This document shows positions 9,858-18,497 of a stretch of DNA of 64,000 nucleotides, in pieces. A model generated the notes under the pieces. That model ran no database searches. It was given only the letters and a program-made list of their open reading frames with translations, and was not told where the DNA came from. Origin of the DNA: Planctomycetales bacterium. GTDB lineage: Bacteria > Planctomycetota > Planctomycetia > Pirellulales > S012-138. How positions within the stretch are numbered: position 1 is the stretch's first letter; each line of letters begins with the position of its first letter. The stretch covers positions 5,646 to 69,645 of the forward strand of contig WFOE01000088.1 in the NCBI GenBank assembly GCA_015488215.1, given 5' to 3'. A program made the position numbers and the translations under genes.

Positions 9858-11891
9858 CTACTGGCCCAACAGCCGCGGCTGGCGGCTGTACCACTCGCGC
9901 ATATCCACGTGTGGCCGCTGCTTGGGATACAGCTTGATATTCTCCAGCCGGGCGTGGTGCATCACGGTGGCCTTGTCCTGGAAGAGGAACGTGTAAGGCT
10001 GGTCCTCGTAAATCAAGCGGTGAATCTGCCGGTAGAGCTTGTATTGTTCCTGCGGATCCATGGTCACACGCAGGCGGTCAATCAGCTTATCGACCTGGGG
10101 GTTGCGGTAGCTGATGGCGTTGGAACTGTCGGGCAGGTCCGCCTGGCTGCTGTGCCATATCTGGAACGGGTCGCCCCGCCAGGACAGGGCCCAGCCCAAC
10201 ATGCAGGCGTCGAAGTTGCGTTTGCGCAGGCGCTGGAGCATGAGGGCCCACTTGTTCGGGCTGATGAGCATCTGTACCCCAATCTGCCGGTAGCTATCCT
10301 TCATCATCTCGGCGATGCGCCGATACATGGGACTGTCGGCGTAGATCATCAGCTCGAACTGCAAGGGGACCTTCTGGCCGTCGATCACCTTGTCGCGGAT
10401 GCCGTCCCCGTCTGTATCGCGCCACCCGGCCTTGTCGAGCATTTGCCGGGCTTTGTCCAGGTCGTAGGGAACCGGTTTCAGTTCCGGATCGTTGGCCGGA
10501 CTGCTGGGCAGGAACGGCCCGGTAACCCGAACAGCCAGACCGTGCAGAATGTTTTTAATCATGCTGTCCACAGGAGTGGCGTAGCTTAAGGCCCAACGCA
10601 CCTCCCGGTCGCGGAACTGGGGCCGGGTCAAGTTCCAGCCGACGTAGCGATAGCCCATGTACTCATAGCTCAGGGCAACCACTTTTCCCTGCTTGACCTC
10701 GGGACGCTCCAACCCTTGGACGAACAGATTGCGGTCCGAAATGCCCGACCAGTCCAGCTCCCCGTTGAGCACCTGGTGGAACACGGTGGAAGGGTTGGTA
10801 ATCTGCTTGTAAATCACGTGGGAGAAGTAGAACGGTTTGCCCCAGTACTCTTCGTTGCGCACCAGCACCACCTGCTTGTTCCGCTCCCATTTTTCCAGCC
10901 GCAGGGGACCAGTGCCGCACATCATGTTGTTGGCCCAGTGGCTGTTGAACGCCTGAGCGAACTCCTGGGAACGGAAGTCCAGCGAGATGGGCTCTCCCTG
11001 TTCGTTTCGGGAATAAACGTGGCGGGGGATGATGGGAATTCCTAACGTGAATTCGTTGGCCATGAAGTAAGGTTTCTTCCAGCGGATTTTCACCGTGTAC
11101 TTGTCGATTACCTTCACCTGGATTTTGATGCGGTCCTCTTCATTTTTGGCGTCCGGGTCCAGGTAGTAGCTGCGCAGGGCGGCCGCTTCCGTATGGGGGT
11201 TCAGGATGCAATCGAAGGTGAACTTGACGTCGTAGGCGGTTACCTCCCTGTCCCGTACCCACTTGCCGTTGGGAAACCGGATCGGGTGCCACTTGACGCC
11301 GCGGCGCAGTTTGATGGTGTATTCCAGCTTTTCCTGGTCGAACTGCCACGACTCGGCCAGGGCGGGGTCCCATTTGTCCGGGTCGTCGAACCGACTTTCG
11401 GCCAGCGCTTCGTAAACCCACTGCTGCCAGGCCCGGCTGACCGTGTCGTTGGAAGTCAGGGCGTTGATGGTGTCCGGGTCGTTGGGGTAGCTAAGCAGCA
11501 GCACGTCCTCCTTGGCCGGAGGGACTCCGCCGCGAGTCAAGGGCCGGTCCGGCGAACCTTGAACTTGAGAGCCCGTGGTAGCGTTTTGAGGCTCAGGCTC
11601 CGATTGGGAAGCAGCCGGTTTTTCTTGCCCGGAAGGCTTTTCCCCTTGCGGTTCGTTCTGGCTGGGACCGGGAGAGGGTTGCAAGTTGGATGAGGAGGCA
11701 GTTTGGTCTTGCGGCTGTGTTCGTGCCGAGGAAGCTCCCTGCGGAGCCGGTTTTCCCGACGCCGCTTCATCGCCGATGGACTGGGCGACCGAGGCCCCCT
11801 GCTCCCCCGGCGGAGCGTTTGCCCCCGTGCAGCCCAAAAAGCCCAACAATGCCGCCAGCAGCAGCCATGTTCCCGCTGTCCGGTTTCGCAT
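9858..11891 (-). CDS. ABC transporter substrate-binding lipoprotein, family 5 (peptide/nickel type)
   Basis: Start moved to MRNRTAGTWLLLAALLGFLGC (lipobox; ATG on minus strand at 11891). About 100 aa of Q/S/P/E-rich linker, then an SBP_bac_5-like body (...YTIKLRRGVKWH..., ...MLGWALSWRGDP...). Confidence 0.88.
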   Translation of the reverse strand: MRNRTAGTWLLLAALLGFLGCTGANAPPGEQGASVAQSIGDEAASGKPAPQGASSARTQPQDQTASSSNLQPSPGPSQNEPQGEKPSGQEKPAASQSEPEPQNATTGSQVQGSPDRPLTRGGVPPAKEDVLLLSYPNDPDTINALTSNDTVSRAWQQWVYEALAESRFDDPDKWDPALAESWQFDQEKLEYTIKLRRGVKWHPIRFPNGKWVRDREVTAYDVKFTFDCILNPHTEAAALRSYYLDPDAKNEEDRIKIQVKVIDKYTVKIRWKKPYFMANEFTLGIPIIPRHVYSRNEQGEPISLDFRSQEFAQAFNSHWANNMMCGTGPLRLEKWERNKQVVLVRNEEYWGKPFYFSHVIYKQITNPSTVFHQVLNGELDWSGISDRNLFVQGLERPEVKQGKVVALSYEYMGYRYVGWNLTRPQFRDREVRWALSYATPVDSMIKNILHGLAVRVTGPFLPSSPANDPELKPVPYDLDKARQMLDKAGWRDTDGDGIRDKVIDGQKVPLQFELMIYADSPMYRRIAEMMKDSYRQIGVQMLISPNKWALMLQRLRKRNFDACMLGWALSWRGDPFQIWHSSQADLPDSSNAISYRNPQVDKLIDRLRVTMDPQEQYKLYRQIHRLIYEDQPYTFLFQDKATVMHHARLENIKLYPKQRPHVDMREWYSRQPRLLGQ

Positions 11892-12251
11892 GGTTGCAGA
11901 TTCCTGTTCAACAAGAAGCTCTCGGCCCACACAGGCTGCCGAAACTGGAGAACCTTGCGGCCCAGGGGGGCTGGACAATCCAGGCAATTTCACCTGCTGG
12001 TTACTATACCGCTCCGGCCAGAGGGCCACAACGCGAGTCGCACTACAAGGCGCGGCTGCCCGTTCTTTACTTGGAGTGCGACGTGAAGCCGGGCTGATTG
12101 GGTACAGTCCGGATGGCTCGCAGAGCGGTGCGGCACCGGAAACCCCATTCCACGTCCGCTCCGCAGCCGAGGACAAAAACGCACTCCGGCAATCCGGAAA
12201 CTTCAGTCCCCGAGAAAAGACCACGGCAACGCTTCCGGCAAACTCGCAGCA

Positions 12252-12734
12252 TCAGCCGGCAGGCTCGCCGTCCCGAGCCCAGAACACGCGCACGAGCCAC
12301 TGGGCCGCGCAGGCAATCTTGGGCTGGTCTTCGACTTCCACGGTGCAATCCAGCACGAGCGTAACCGCTTCGTCAGAGTGGGGTCTTACCTCGGCCAGGC
12401 GACACCGCAGCCGCACCCGGGAACCGGACGGCACCGGAGCCGGAAAACGCACGCGGTTCAGCCCGTAGTTGACGAGCATCCGTGCCCCGGAAAGCTCGAA
12501 CGCCGAAGCAAGCAACCGGGGCAACAGCGCCAGGGTGAGGAACCCGTGGGCCACCGTGGTTCCATAGGGCGAGTGTTGTCGGGCTTGTTCGGCATCGCAG
12601 TGAATCCACTGCCGGTCGCCGGTGGCTTGGGCGAACTGGTCGATCATCGCCTGATCGACCACAAGCCAGGGGCTACAGCCCAGTTCCTCGCCCACGGCCT
12701 GCTGAAGCTCGGCGGTGGAGGCGAATCGCCGCAT
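12252..12734 (-). CDS. MaoC-family (R)-hydratase-like hot-dog protein
   Basis: 160 aa; FAQATGDRQWIHCDAEQARQHSPYGTTVAHGFLTLALL is the MaoC dehydratase signature region. Confidence 0.85.
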   Translation of the reverse strand: MRRFASTAELQQAVGEELGCSPWLVVDQAMIDQFAQATGDRQWIHCDAEQARQHSPYGTTVAHGFLTLALLPRLLASAFELSGARMLVNYGLNRVRFPAPVPSGSRVRLRCRLAEVRPHSDEAVTLVLDCTVEVEDQPKIACAAQWLVRVFWARDGEPAG

Positions 12735-12773
12735 CGGTGCGTCTGCTCCGCATGCCAGAGGGACGCTTGCCGA

Positions 12774-13454
12774 TCAGCCCAGCCCGAACATCTGCACCAG
12801 CTCGCGCACCGCGCCGGAAAAATCCCGCTGCCAGGCAAGCAACACCGCGGCGACCAGCAGCAGGGACAACGAAACAAGCAGCGCGCCCTGGGGAGCGGCC
12901 CGGCGGGGCAGCGCCCGAGCCGACTGTCGCAATCGTTCTTGCAACCGGAACCACAGCTCCAGGTCGGCCTGGCCTCCGTGGTGTTGGATTACCGCCGTGC
13001 GCGACCAGGGGGTGTAGTCCACCAGCAGTTGCAGCGGCACCGAGGGGAGCGAAAGCACGTTGCCCAGCCACTGGGCCTGCGGGTCCCAATCCCGGCACAC
13101 CTGCGAAAGCCAGGCGTGCAGCTCTTCGGCTGAAACATTGTAGATGACAATCCGCAGCGGAGCCCAAAAAGCCAGCACGACCCAAGCCGAGAGAAAGACC
13201 ACCACAATGGCGATCCAGACCAGCGGTCCCATTTGCGCCACCAGCAGAGGCGGCAGCAGCAGCTCCACCGGTCCGATGAGCACCAGTCCGCTTATGGCCA
13301 ACCCCAGGGCCAGGCGATCCCTCGGCCCGGAGACGACCTGCGGTCGGCCTCGCAGGTGGACCAGCCCCAGGGCGAACAAGTACAAGGCCAGCGGCAACAA
13401 GGCGATGGCCATCCGGGCAGGTTCCATCAAGAGTTCCTTCCTCGAAGGCGGCAA
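12774..13454 (-). CDS. hypothetical polytopic membrane protein
   Basis: 226-aa ORF co-directional with its neighbours. Several hydrophobic helices (IALLPLALYLFALGLV, LGLAISGLVLIGPVELLL, VWIAIVVVFLSAWVVLAFW, LLVSLSLLLVAAVLLAW). No family recognised. Confidence 0.6.
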   Translation of the reverse strand: MPPSRKELLMEPARMAIALLPLALYLFALGLVHLRGRPQVVSGPRDRLALGLAISGLVLIGPVELLLPPLLVAQMGPLVWIAIVVVFLSAWVVLAFWAPLRIVIYNVSAEELHAWLSQVCRDWDPQAQWLGNVLSLPSVPLQLLVDYTPWSRTAVIQHHGGQADLELWFRLQERLRQSARALPRRAAPQGALLVSLSLLLVAAVLLAWQRDFSGAVRELVQMFGLG

Positions 13455-13504
13455 GCGGGCGGGCCTTTCTCGACTAACCGGCAGCGAACGCTACGGCGGT
13501 TCCA

Positions 13505-13987
13505 TTATGCCTGCTCGTCTTGGGGAGACGAAGCGTTTTGCTGCTTGCCGTTGCGGCCGGTGCCGTTCGTGCCGCCAAGGCGGTCCAGCTCCTCGCGTGC
13601 CCGTTTCGCCTGGGCTTCCAGCACCGCGCGGCGTACCAGAAAATCGTGCCGCAGCCGGGCATGGTACTGGTGGGCGGCCAGCCAGTCGGCCAGAGCCAGC
13701 AGCACAATCCACAGCAGCAGCAACAGCGCCCCAATCCATAAAAAGACGAACAGATTGGGGAACTGCCGGGGCGGAATCAGCAGCCCCACCCCCATCAGCA
13801 CACCCAGGGCGCCGACCATGCCGCTGGTTTGCACGCGGCGTCGTAAGCGGCGGCGGTAGTAATCGCGGTCGCGCGGCTCGGTCAGCTCCTGGCGAAAGCG
13901 GTCCCATTGGCGAAAGTGCCACCAGATCAGGCCGACCGAAAGCAGAACCAGCGCCGCGGGCACGACAAGGGGCCACACTCCAGCCAT
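13505..13987 (-). CDS. hypothetical membrane protein
   Basis: 160 aa with three hydrophobic segments and an Arg-rich loop (YYRRRLRRRVQ). Starts 10 nt after the upstream M28 gene stop. No family recognised. Confidence 0.6.
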   Translation of the reverse strand: MAGVWPLVVPAALVLLSVGLIWWHFRQWDRFRQELTEPRDRDYYRRRLRRRVQTSGMVGALGVLMGVGLLIPPRQFPNLFVFLWIGALLLLLWIVLLALADWLAAHQYHARLRHDFLVRRAVLEAQAKRAREELDRLGGTNGTGRNGKQQNASSPQDEQA

Positions 13988-13997
13988 GGCAAGCCTT

Positions 13998-15011
13998 TCA
14001 TCGCAAACGCTTCAGCCACTCCAGCATCACCCAGGCCACCTTGGCCAGACTTTCCGGCGAGCATTTTTCCGGCACGTCCTGCCGGGTGTGCCAGTAGGGG
14101 TAGTGGAAGTCAATCACGTCGCAGGTGGGGATGCGGGCGATTTCGTTCAGCGGCAGGTGGTCGTCGCGCACCTCGTAGCCGATCCGGGGCACGAACTCCC
14201 GCACGCCCAGGCGCCGGGCGGTGTTCCAGATGGACCGGGTCAGACGCCGCGTGGCCGCCGTGCGCATGCTGTTGGCTTCCTGGTAGATGGCCAGATCGGC
14301 ATCGCCCACCATGTCCAGCAGCACGCCCCAGCGGTAGCGGTACTTGCGCCGCGATTGGGCGTAGTGGCGGGCAAAGTGCTCCGAACCCAGGAAATAGCGA
14401 TCCGTTTCGCGAAAGACGAACTCCTCGCCGTCGAACAGCACGAAGTCCACCCCGTGGCGCAGCTTCAGCTTGCCCAGGTGGTGCCCCAACTCCATCAGCA
14501 CGGCCACGCCGCTGGCTCCGTCGTTGGCTCCGAGGAACGTGCCGCGGGGATCGACCGGGTCGCGGTCCGGGTAGGGGCGCGTGTCGTAATGGGCGCAAAG
14601 CAGCACGCGACTGCTGCGTTCCGGGTGCCAGCGAATCAGCAGGTTGGTCATCCGCACCGGCGTGCCGTCCAGCGGATGCCGCACCACGAAGCTTTGCTGC
14701 TGCACCTGGGCGCCCAGATTCTGGAAATGCGCTTGCAGCAGGGCAATCTGCCGTTGCATTCCGGGCGAGCCGCTGGGCCGAGGCCCCAGGGCGCATATCT
14801 GTTTCAGGTAGCCGTAAACCCGCTGCCGGTCGATGGGAACCTGGGACCAGTCCACCTTGGTCGTCCGCCTGCGAAGGGAAGCGTCGCGCGGCGATTGCCC
14901 GGAAACCCGGGGCACGTTCTCCTGCGGAAGCGGCACCACGGCCACGGCCACCAGGGCCAAAGCGCCCAGCACCAGCACACCGACCAGAATCCAGGTTTGT
15001 CGGGAAGCCAT
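13998..15011 (-). CDS. M28 family peptidase / glutaminyl-cyclase-like protein, membrane-anchored
   Basis: HYDTRPYPD...GANDGASGVAVLMELG...FDGEE metal-ligand pattern. Start set at MASRQTWILVGVLVLGALALV (minus-strand ATG at 15011). Confidence 0.85.
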   Translation of the reverse strand: MASRQTWILVGVLVLGALALVAVAVVPLPQENVPRVSGQSPRDASLRRRTTKVDWSQVPIDRQRVYGYLKQICALGPRPSGSPGMQRQIALLQAHFQNLGAQVQQQSFVVRHPLDGTPVRMTNLLIRWHPERSSRVLLCAHYDTRPYPDRDPVDPRGTFLGANDGASGVAVLMELGHHLGKLKLRHGVDFVLFDGEEFVFRETDRYFLGSEHFARHYAQSRRKYRYRWGVLLDMVGDADLAIYQEANSMRTAATRRLTRSIWNTARRLGVREFVPRIGYEVRDDHLPLNEIARIPTCDVIDFHYPYWHTRQDVPEKCSPESLAKVAWVMLEWLKRLR

Positions 15012-15078
15012 GATCGTTTCTCGCACGTGCCCGCTTCGGCCCATTGTAGAACGCCCCCAGGGCCGCGAAAACCGAACT

Positions 15079-16182
15079 TCAGCCGGCCTGCCGTCTCGGC
15101 CCCCACCGGGCCAATTGGTCCCGCAATGCCCGGAAAACCTGCTCCTCGTTGATTGCCTCCATGCAGCAGAGGCTGCGGCAACGCTTCCGGTAACTGGAAG
15201 CGCAGGGCACCTGTGCAGCCAGCACGCGATGCCCCTTGCCGTGCGGACCGGCCCGCAGAGGACTGGTGCAAGTGAACAGAGCCACCACGGGGGTGTTCAG
15301 CGCGGCGGCCAGGTGCATCGGCCCGCTGTCTCCGCTCAAAAGCACTTGGGCCTGCTGCAGCACGGCGGCCAGTTGCAGCAGCGTGGTCTGTTCAGCCAGG
15401 TTGAGCACTGCTCCGGGCAGGGTCTGGGCCACCTGGGTGCAAAGTTTCCGTTCGCCTGGACCGCCCACCAGCACCACTCCGGCTCCCGTGGCTTCTTGCA
15501 ACCGGTGCAGCACGCGGGCGAAGCGTTCCCCCGGCCAGCGTTTGGTGGGCCACTGCGCCCCGGGATGGACGGCCACCACGGGCCGAGGCACCCGGGCCAA
15601 CTGGGCCCGGGCCCAGGCTACGTCTTCGCTCCGAAGCGGAATCATCGCCGCGGGAATGTTATCGACCGGGCAGCCCAGCGCCCGAGCCACCAGCACGTAC
15701 TTGGCCAGTGCGGGCAAGTCGCGCGTGGGAATCGGCACCCGGTGGGTGTAGCAGAACCGGGCGCCTTCGCGGGCGTTGGAAAAACCCACCCGGTATCGAG
15801 CCGCCGAAGCTAGACTCAATAGCCCAGTCCGCAGCAGTCCCTGGAGATCAATCACCAGGTCGAATCCACCCCAGCGCACCTGGCCCAGCAGCCGCAGAAA
15901 TCCTCGACGGCGCGAAGGAGTGTGGTCCCAGACCAGCACTCGGTCCAGCAAAGGGTGCCGGTGCAGCAGTTGGCTCAAACTGCTCTTGATGACCCAAGCC
16001 AGCTCCGCCTCGGCGAACCGTTTGCGCAACATGCTCAGCACCGGCAGCGTTTGCACCACGTCGCCCAAAGCGCTCGGCTTGATCACCAGCACGCGTCGGG
16101 GGCAAAGCCCTTCCAGCCCCAGCGAAGGCGCAGGGGACCAGTTCCACGGCTCAGGCAAGTGAACGTGCTGACAGGGCTCCAT
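15079..16182 (-). CDS. glycosyltransferase family 9 (heptosyltransferase-like)
   Basis: RVLVIKPSALGDVVQTLPVL N-terminal motif and C-terminal LLSGDSGPMHLAAALNTPVVALF motif. Confidence 0.88.
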   Translation of the reverse strand: MEPCQHVHLPEPWNWSPAPSLGLEGLCPRRVLVIKPSALGDVVQTLPVLSMLRKRFAEAELAWVIKSSLSQLLHRHPLLDRVLVWDHTPSRRRGFLRLLGQVRWGGFDLVIDLQGLLRTGLLSLASAARYRVGFSNAREGARFCYTHRVPIPTRDLPALAKYVLVARALGCPVDNIPAAMIPLRSEDVAWARAQLARVPRPVVAVHPGAQWPTKRWPGERFARVLHRLQEATGAGVVLVGGPGERKLCTQVAQTLPGAVLNLAEQTTLLQLAAVLQQAQVLLSGDSGPMHLAAALNTPVVALFTCTSPLRAGPHGKGHRVLAAQVPCASSYRKRCRSLCCMEAINEEQVFRALRDQLARWGPRRQAG

Positions 16183-16230
16183 GGGGCCGGTAAGCTGGAC
16201 TTGGGGGGCGTTTCCACAACCGCGAAAGGA

Positions 16231-17286
16231 ATGTGGATGGTAGCTGCTTGCCCGTTGTGCCGAAAGACGGCCTTGGCCCTGCTGGCAGTGCTGGCGGCAG
16301 GGGCGGCGCTAGGGCCTCGGAACGCCTGCCGCGGAGAAGACGCCGCGGCTCCGGCTGCCGTTCAGCGCGGCACGGTGGAGTTCGTTCCGCTGGAAGCTCA
16401 GCGGGAGCTTCCGGCCCGGTTCCGTCTGGCTCCGCATCGCTTCCCTTACGAGCTGGAGCCGCTGGAGACGGTTTCCCGAAAAATCGAAGTCTATCGGCTG
16501 CGGTTCCCCTCGCCGGTTAAGACCCGCTGGCCGCAGAACAACACGGTGGTGTGCGAATACTACCGGCCGCGCGGAAAGGGGCCGTATCCGGCCGTGGTGG
16601 GGCTGCACATCCTGGGCGGCGATTTCGACCTACTGCGCTTGTTCTGCCGCACGCTGGCCCACAACGGCGTGTGCGCCCTGTTTCTCGTCCTGCCGCACTA
16701 CGGACCGCGCTACGCTCCCGGAGGACCGCGGCGAGCCATCGGGCCGGATCCGCATCAGTCGGTCCGGGCCATGACCCAGGCGGTGCTGGACATCCGCCGC
16801 GCCGGGGCCTGGCTGGCCCAACGCCCCGAAGTGGACCCCCGGCGGCTGGGCGTCTTCGGCATCTCTTTGGGCGGGATTACGGCCGCGCTGGCCTCAGCCA
16901 TGGAACCGCGGCTGCACAACGCCCTGTTGCTTCTGGCCGGAGGAGACCTGCGGCAGTTGAACTGGCAAAGTCCCGAGCTGGCTCCGGTTCGCCGCCGGAT
17001 TGCCCAGCAGGGGCTTTCGCTTCAGGAAGTGCTGCGGATCATGCAGGCGGTCGATCCGGCCTATCACGCCGAGCGGCTGCGCCGACGGCGGGTGCTGATG
17101 ATCAACGGCCGTTACGACCAGTTGATCCCGCCTGCTTGCACCAAGGCGTTGTGGGAAGCAGCGGGCCGCCCGCCTATCCAGTGGTGGGACTGCGGCCACT
17201 ACACGGCCATGCGTTTCGTGTTCGTGGCCGTGGCCGAAACGGTGCAGTTTTTCCGCAACAGCCAGCCGCGGCCCGACCCGCGCTGA
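16231..17286 (+). CDS. alpha/beta hydrolase (dienelactone-hydrolase/peptidase S9-like), secreted
   Basis: Start moved to ATG 16231 (MWMVAACPLCRKTALALLAVLAAGAALG signal). Nucleophile elbow GISLGG; the C-terminus has a D...GH pattern. Confidence 0.8.
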   Translation: MWMVAACPLCRKTALALLAVLAAGAALGPRNACRGEDAAAPAAVQRGTVEFVPLEAQRELPARFRLAPHRFPYELEPLETVSRKIEVYRLRFPSPVKTRWPQNNTVVCEYYRPRGKGPYPAVVGLHILGGDFDLLRLFCRTLAHNGVCALFLVLPHYGPRYAPGGPRRAIGPDPHQSVRAMTQAVLDIRRAGAWLAQRPEVDPRRLGVFGISLGGITAALASAMEPRLHNALLLLAGGDLRQLNWQSPELAPVRRRIAQQGLSLQEVLRIMQAVDPAYHAERLRRRRVLMINGRYDQLIPPACTKALWEAAGRPPIQWWDCGHYTAMRFVFVAVAETVQFFRNSQPRPDPR

Positions 17287-17312
17287 AGATTCGCCACCGG
17301 GGCACCATTGCC

Positions 17313-18032
17313 ATGCTCGCTTTTCGCCCCCCGCCGTGGAAGCCTCGCCCCCGGTTCTTCCCCCGGCCCGAAGCAGCCGACGCCGAAGGACTGGTGGCCC
17401 TGGGCGGGAAGCTGACCCCCGAATGGCTCTGGGACGCCTACAGCCACGGCATCTTCGCCTGGCCGGTGGAAGACGTGCTCACCTGGTGGAGTCCCGACCC
17501 CAGGGCGGTGCTGGAACCGGACGAGCTTTACATCTCGCGCCGCCTGGCCCGTACCTGCCGCAGCGGCAAGTTCCAGATCACCTGCGACCAGGCGTTTGCC
17601 GAAGTGCTGGCCTGGTGCGCCGAGGCTCCGGACCGCCAGGGCGAAACCTGGCTTACGCCCTGGTTGCAACAGGCGATGCTCCGCTTCCACCGACTGGGGT
17701 TCGCCCACAGCGTGGAAGTGTGGCACGAAGGCCGCCTGGTCGGCGGAGTGTACGGCGTGGGCATCGGCGCCGCCTTCAGCGCCGAAAGCATGTTCCACCT
17801 GGTAAGCGACGCCTCGAAGGTGGCCCTCGTCTATCTGACCCGGCACCTGAAAGCCCGCGGCTACCAGGTGCTGGATATCCAGATGCTGACCCCACACATG
17901 GAGCGGATGGGCGCCCGGGAAATCCGCCGCCGGGAGTTTCTCCGCCGCTGGTACCAGGCGGTGCAACAGCCGGTGCAGTTCGGCACCAGGTTGGAAGTCG
18001 GTCGCGTGGAGCCTTCGCCGCGGCGGCAGTGA
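17313..18032 (+). CDS. aat: leucyl/phenylalanyl-tRNA--protein transferase
   Basis: LLWDAYSHGIFAWP...LTWWSPDPRAVL...FAHSVEVWHEGRLVGGVYGVGIG is the L/F-transferase signature. The track ORF (16551..) has a long spurious extension overlapping the hydrolase gene. Confidence 0.9.
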   Translation: MLAFRPPPWKPRPRFFPRPEAADAEGLVALGGKLTPEWLWDAYSHGIFAWPVEDVLTWWSPDPRAVLEPDELYISRRLARTCRSGKFQITCDQAFAEVLAWCAEAPDRQGETWLTPWLQQAMLRFHRLGFAHSVEVWHEGRLVGGVYGVGIGAAFSAESMFHLVSDASKVALVYLTRHLKARGYQVLDIQMLTPHMERMGAREIRRREFLRRWYQAVQQPVQFGTRLEVGRVEPSPRRQ

Positions 18033-18229
18033 GCCTCCGCCGGCAAGGTGCCACGGCCCGCCGGAGCGCTTCCCGGCCGAAATCCGCCCCGGCGGTGCTT
18101 TTCAGATTCCGCGCCCCAGGGTAGCTTTTAGATGAAACGGCCGGAGCGGGCTTCCGCCGCCGGAGGCCCCGGCCCCGAACCTTCTCTCCCTGCAAACCTC
18201 CTGCTGCCTGGAGCAAGGAACCCTCGGCC

Positions 18230-18460
18230 ATGGCCAACCAGTACGATCCGTACCGCGAGGCGCTAGTGATCGAACAGCGGACCGAATGGCCCGAGCAGTT
18301 CGACCACTGGGACCCGGAACGCAAGGAAGAAATCGCCCGCCAACTGCACGCCGAGCCGGAACAGGCCGCCCAACTGACCTACGAGCGGCAACACACCGGC
18401 TTTACCCGGGTCATCACCGTCACCGAGGAAGACTTGCAGCGGCTGGGCGTTTCGGTGTAA
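18230..18460 (+). CDS. small acidic hypothetical protein
   Basis: 76-aa ORF with ATG start, between aat and aroB on the same strand. No family recognised. Confidence 0.5.
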   Translation: MANQYDPYREALVIEQRTEWPEQFDHWDPERKEEIARQLHAEPEQAAQLTYERQHTGFTRVITVTEEDLQRLGVSV

Positions 18461-18497
18461 GGGGCGGCTCGGGGTCCTTTTGCTTTGGCGCGGGCCG

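Noticed and set aside
16551-17312. 5' extension of the aat ORF (track ORF 16551..18032, 493 aa)
   Set aside because: The extension overlaps the alpha/beta hydrolase gene in another frame and is Arg/Pro/Gly-rich. The L/F-transferase homology starts at MLAFRPPPW (17313), right after the hydrolase stop.
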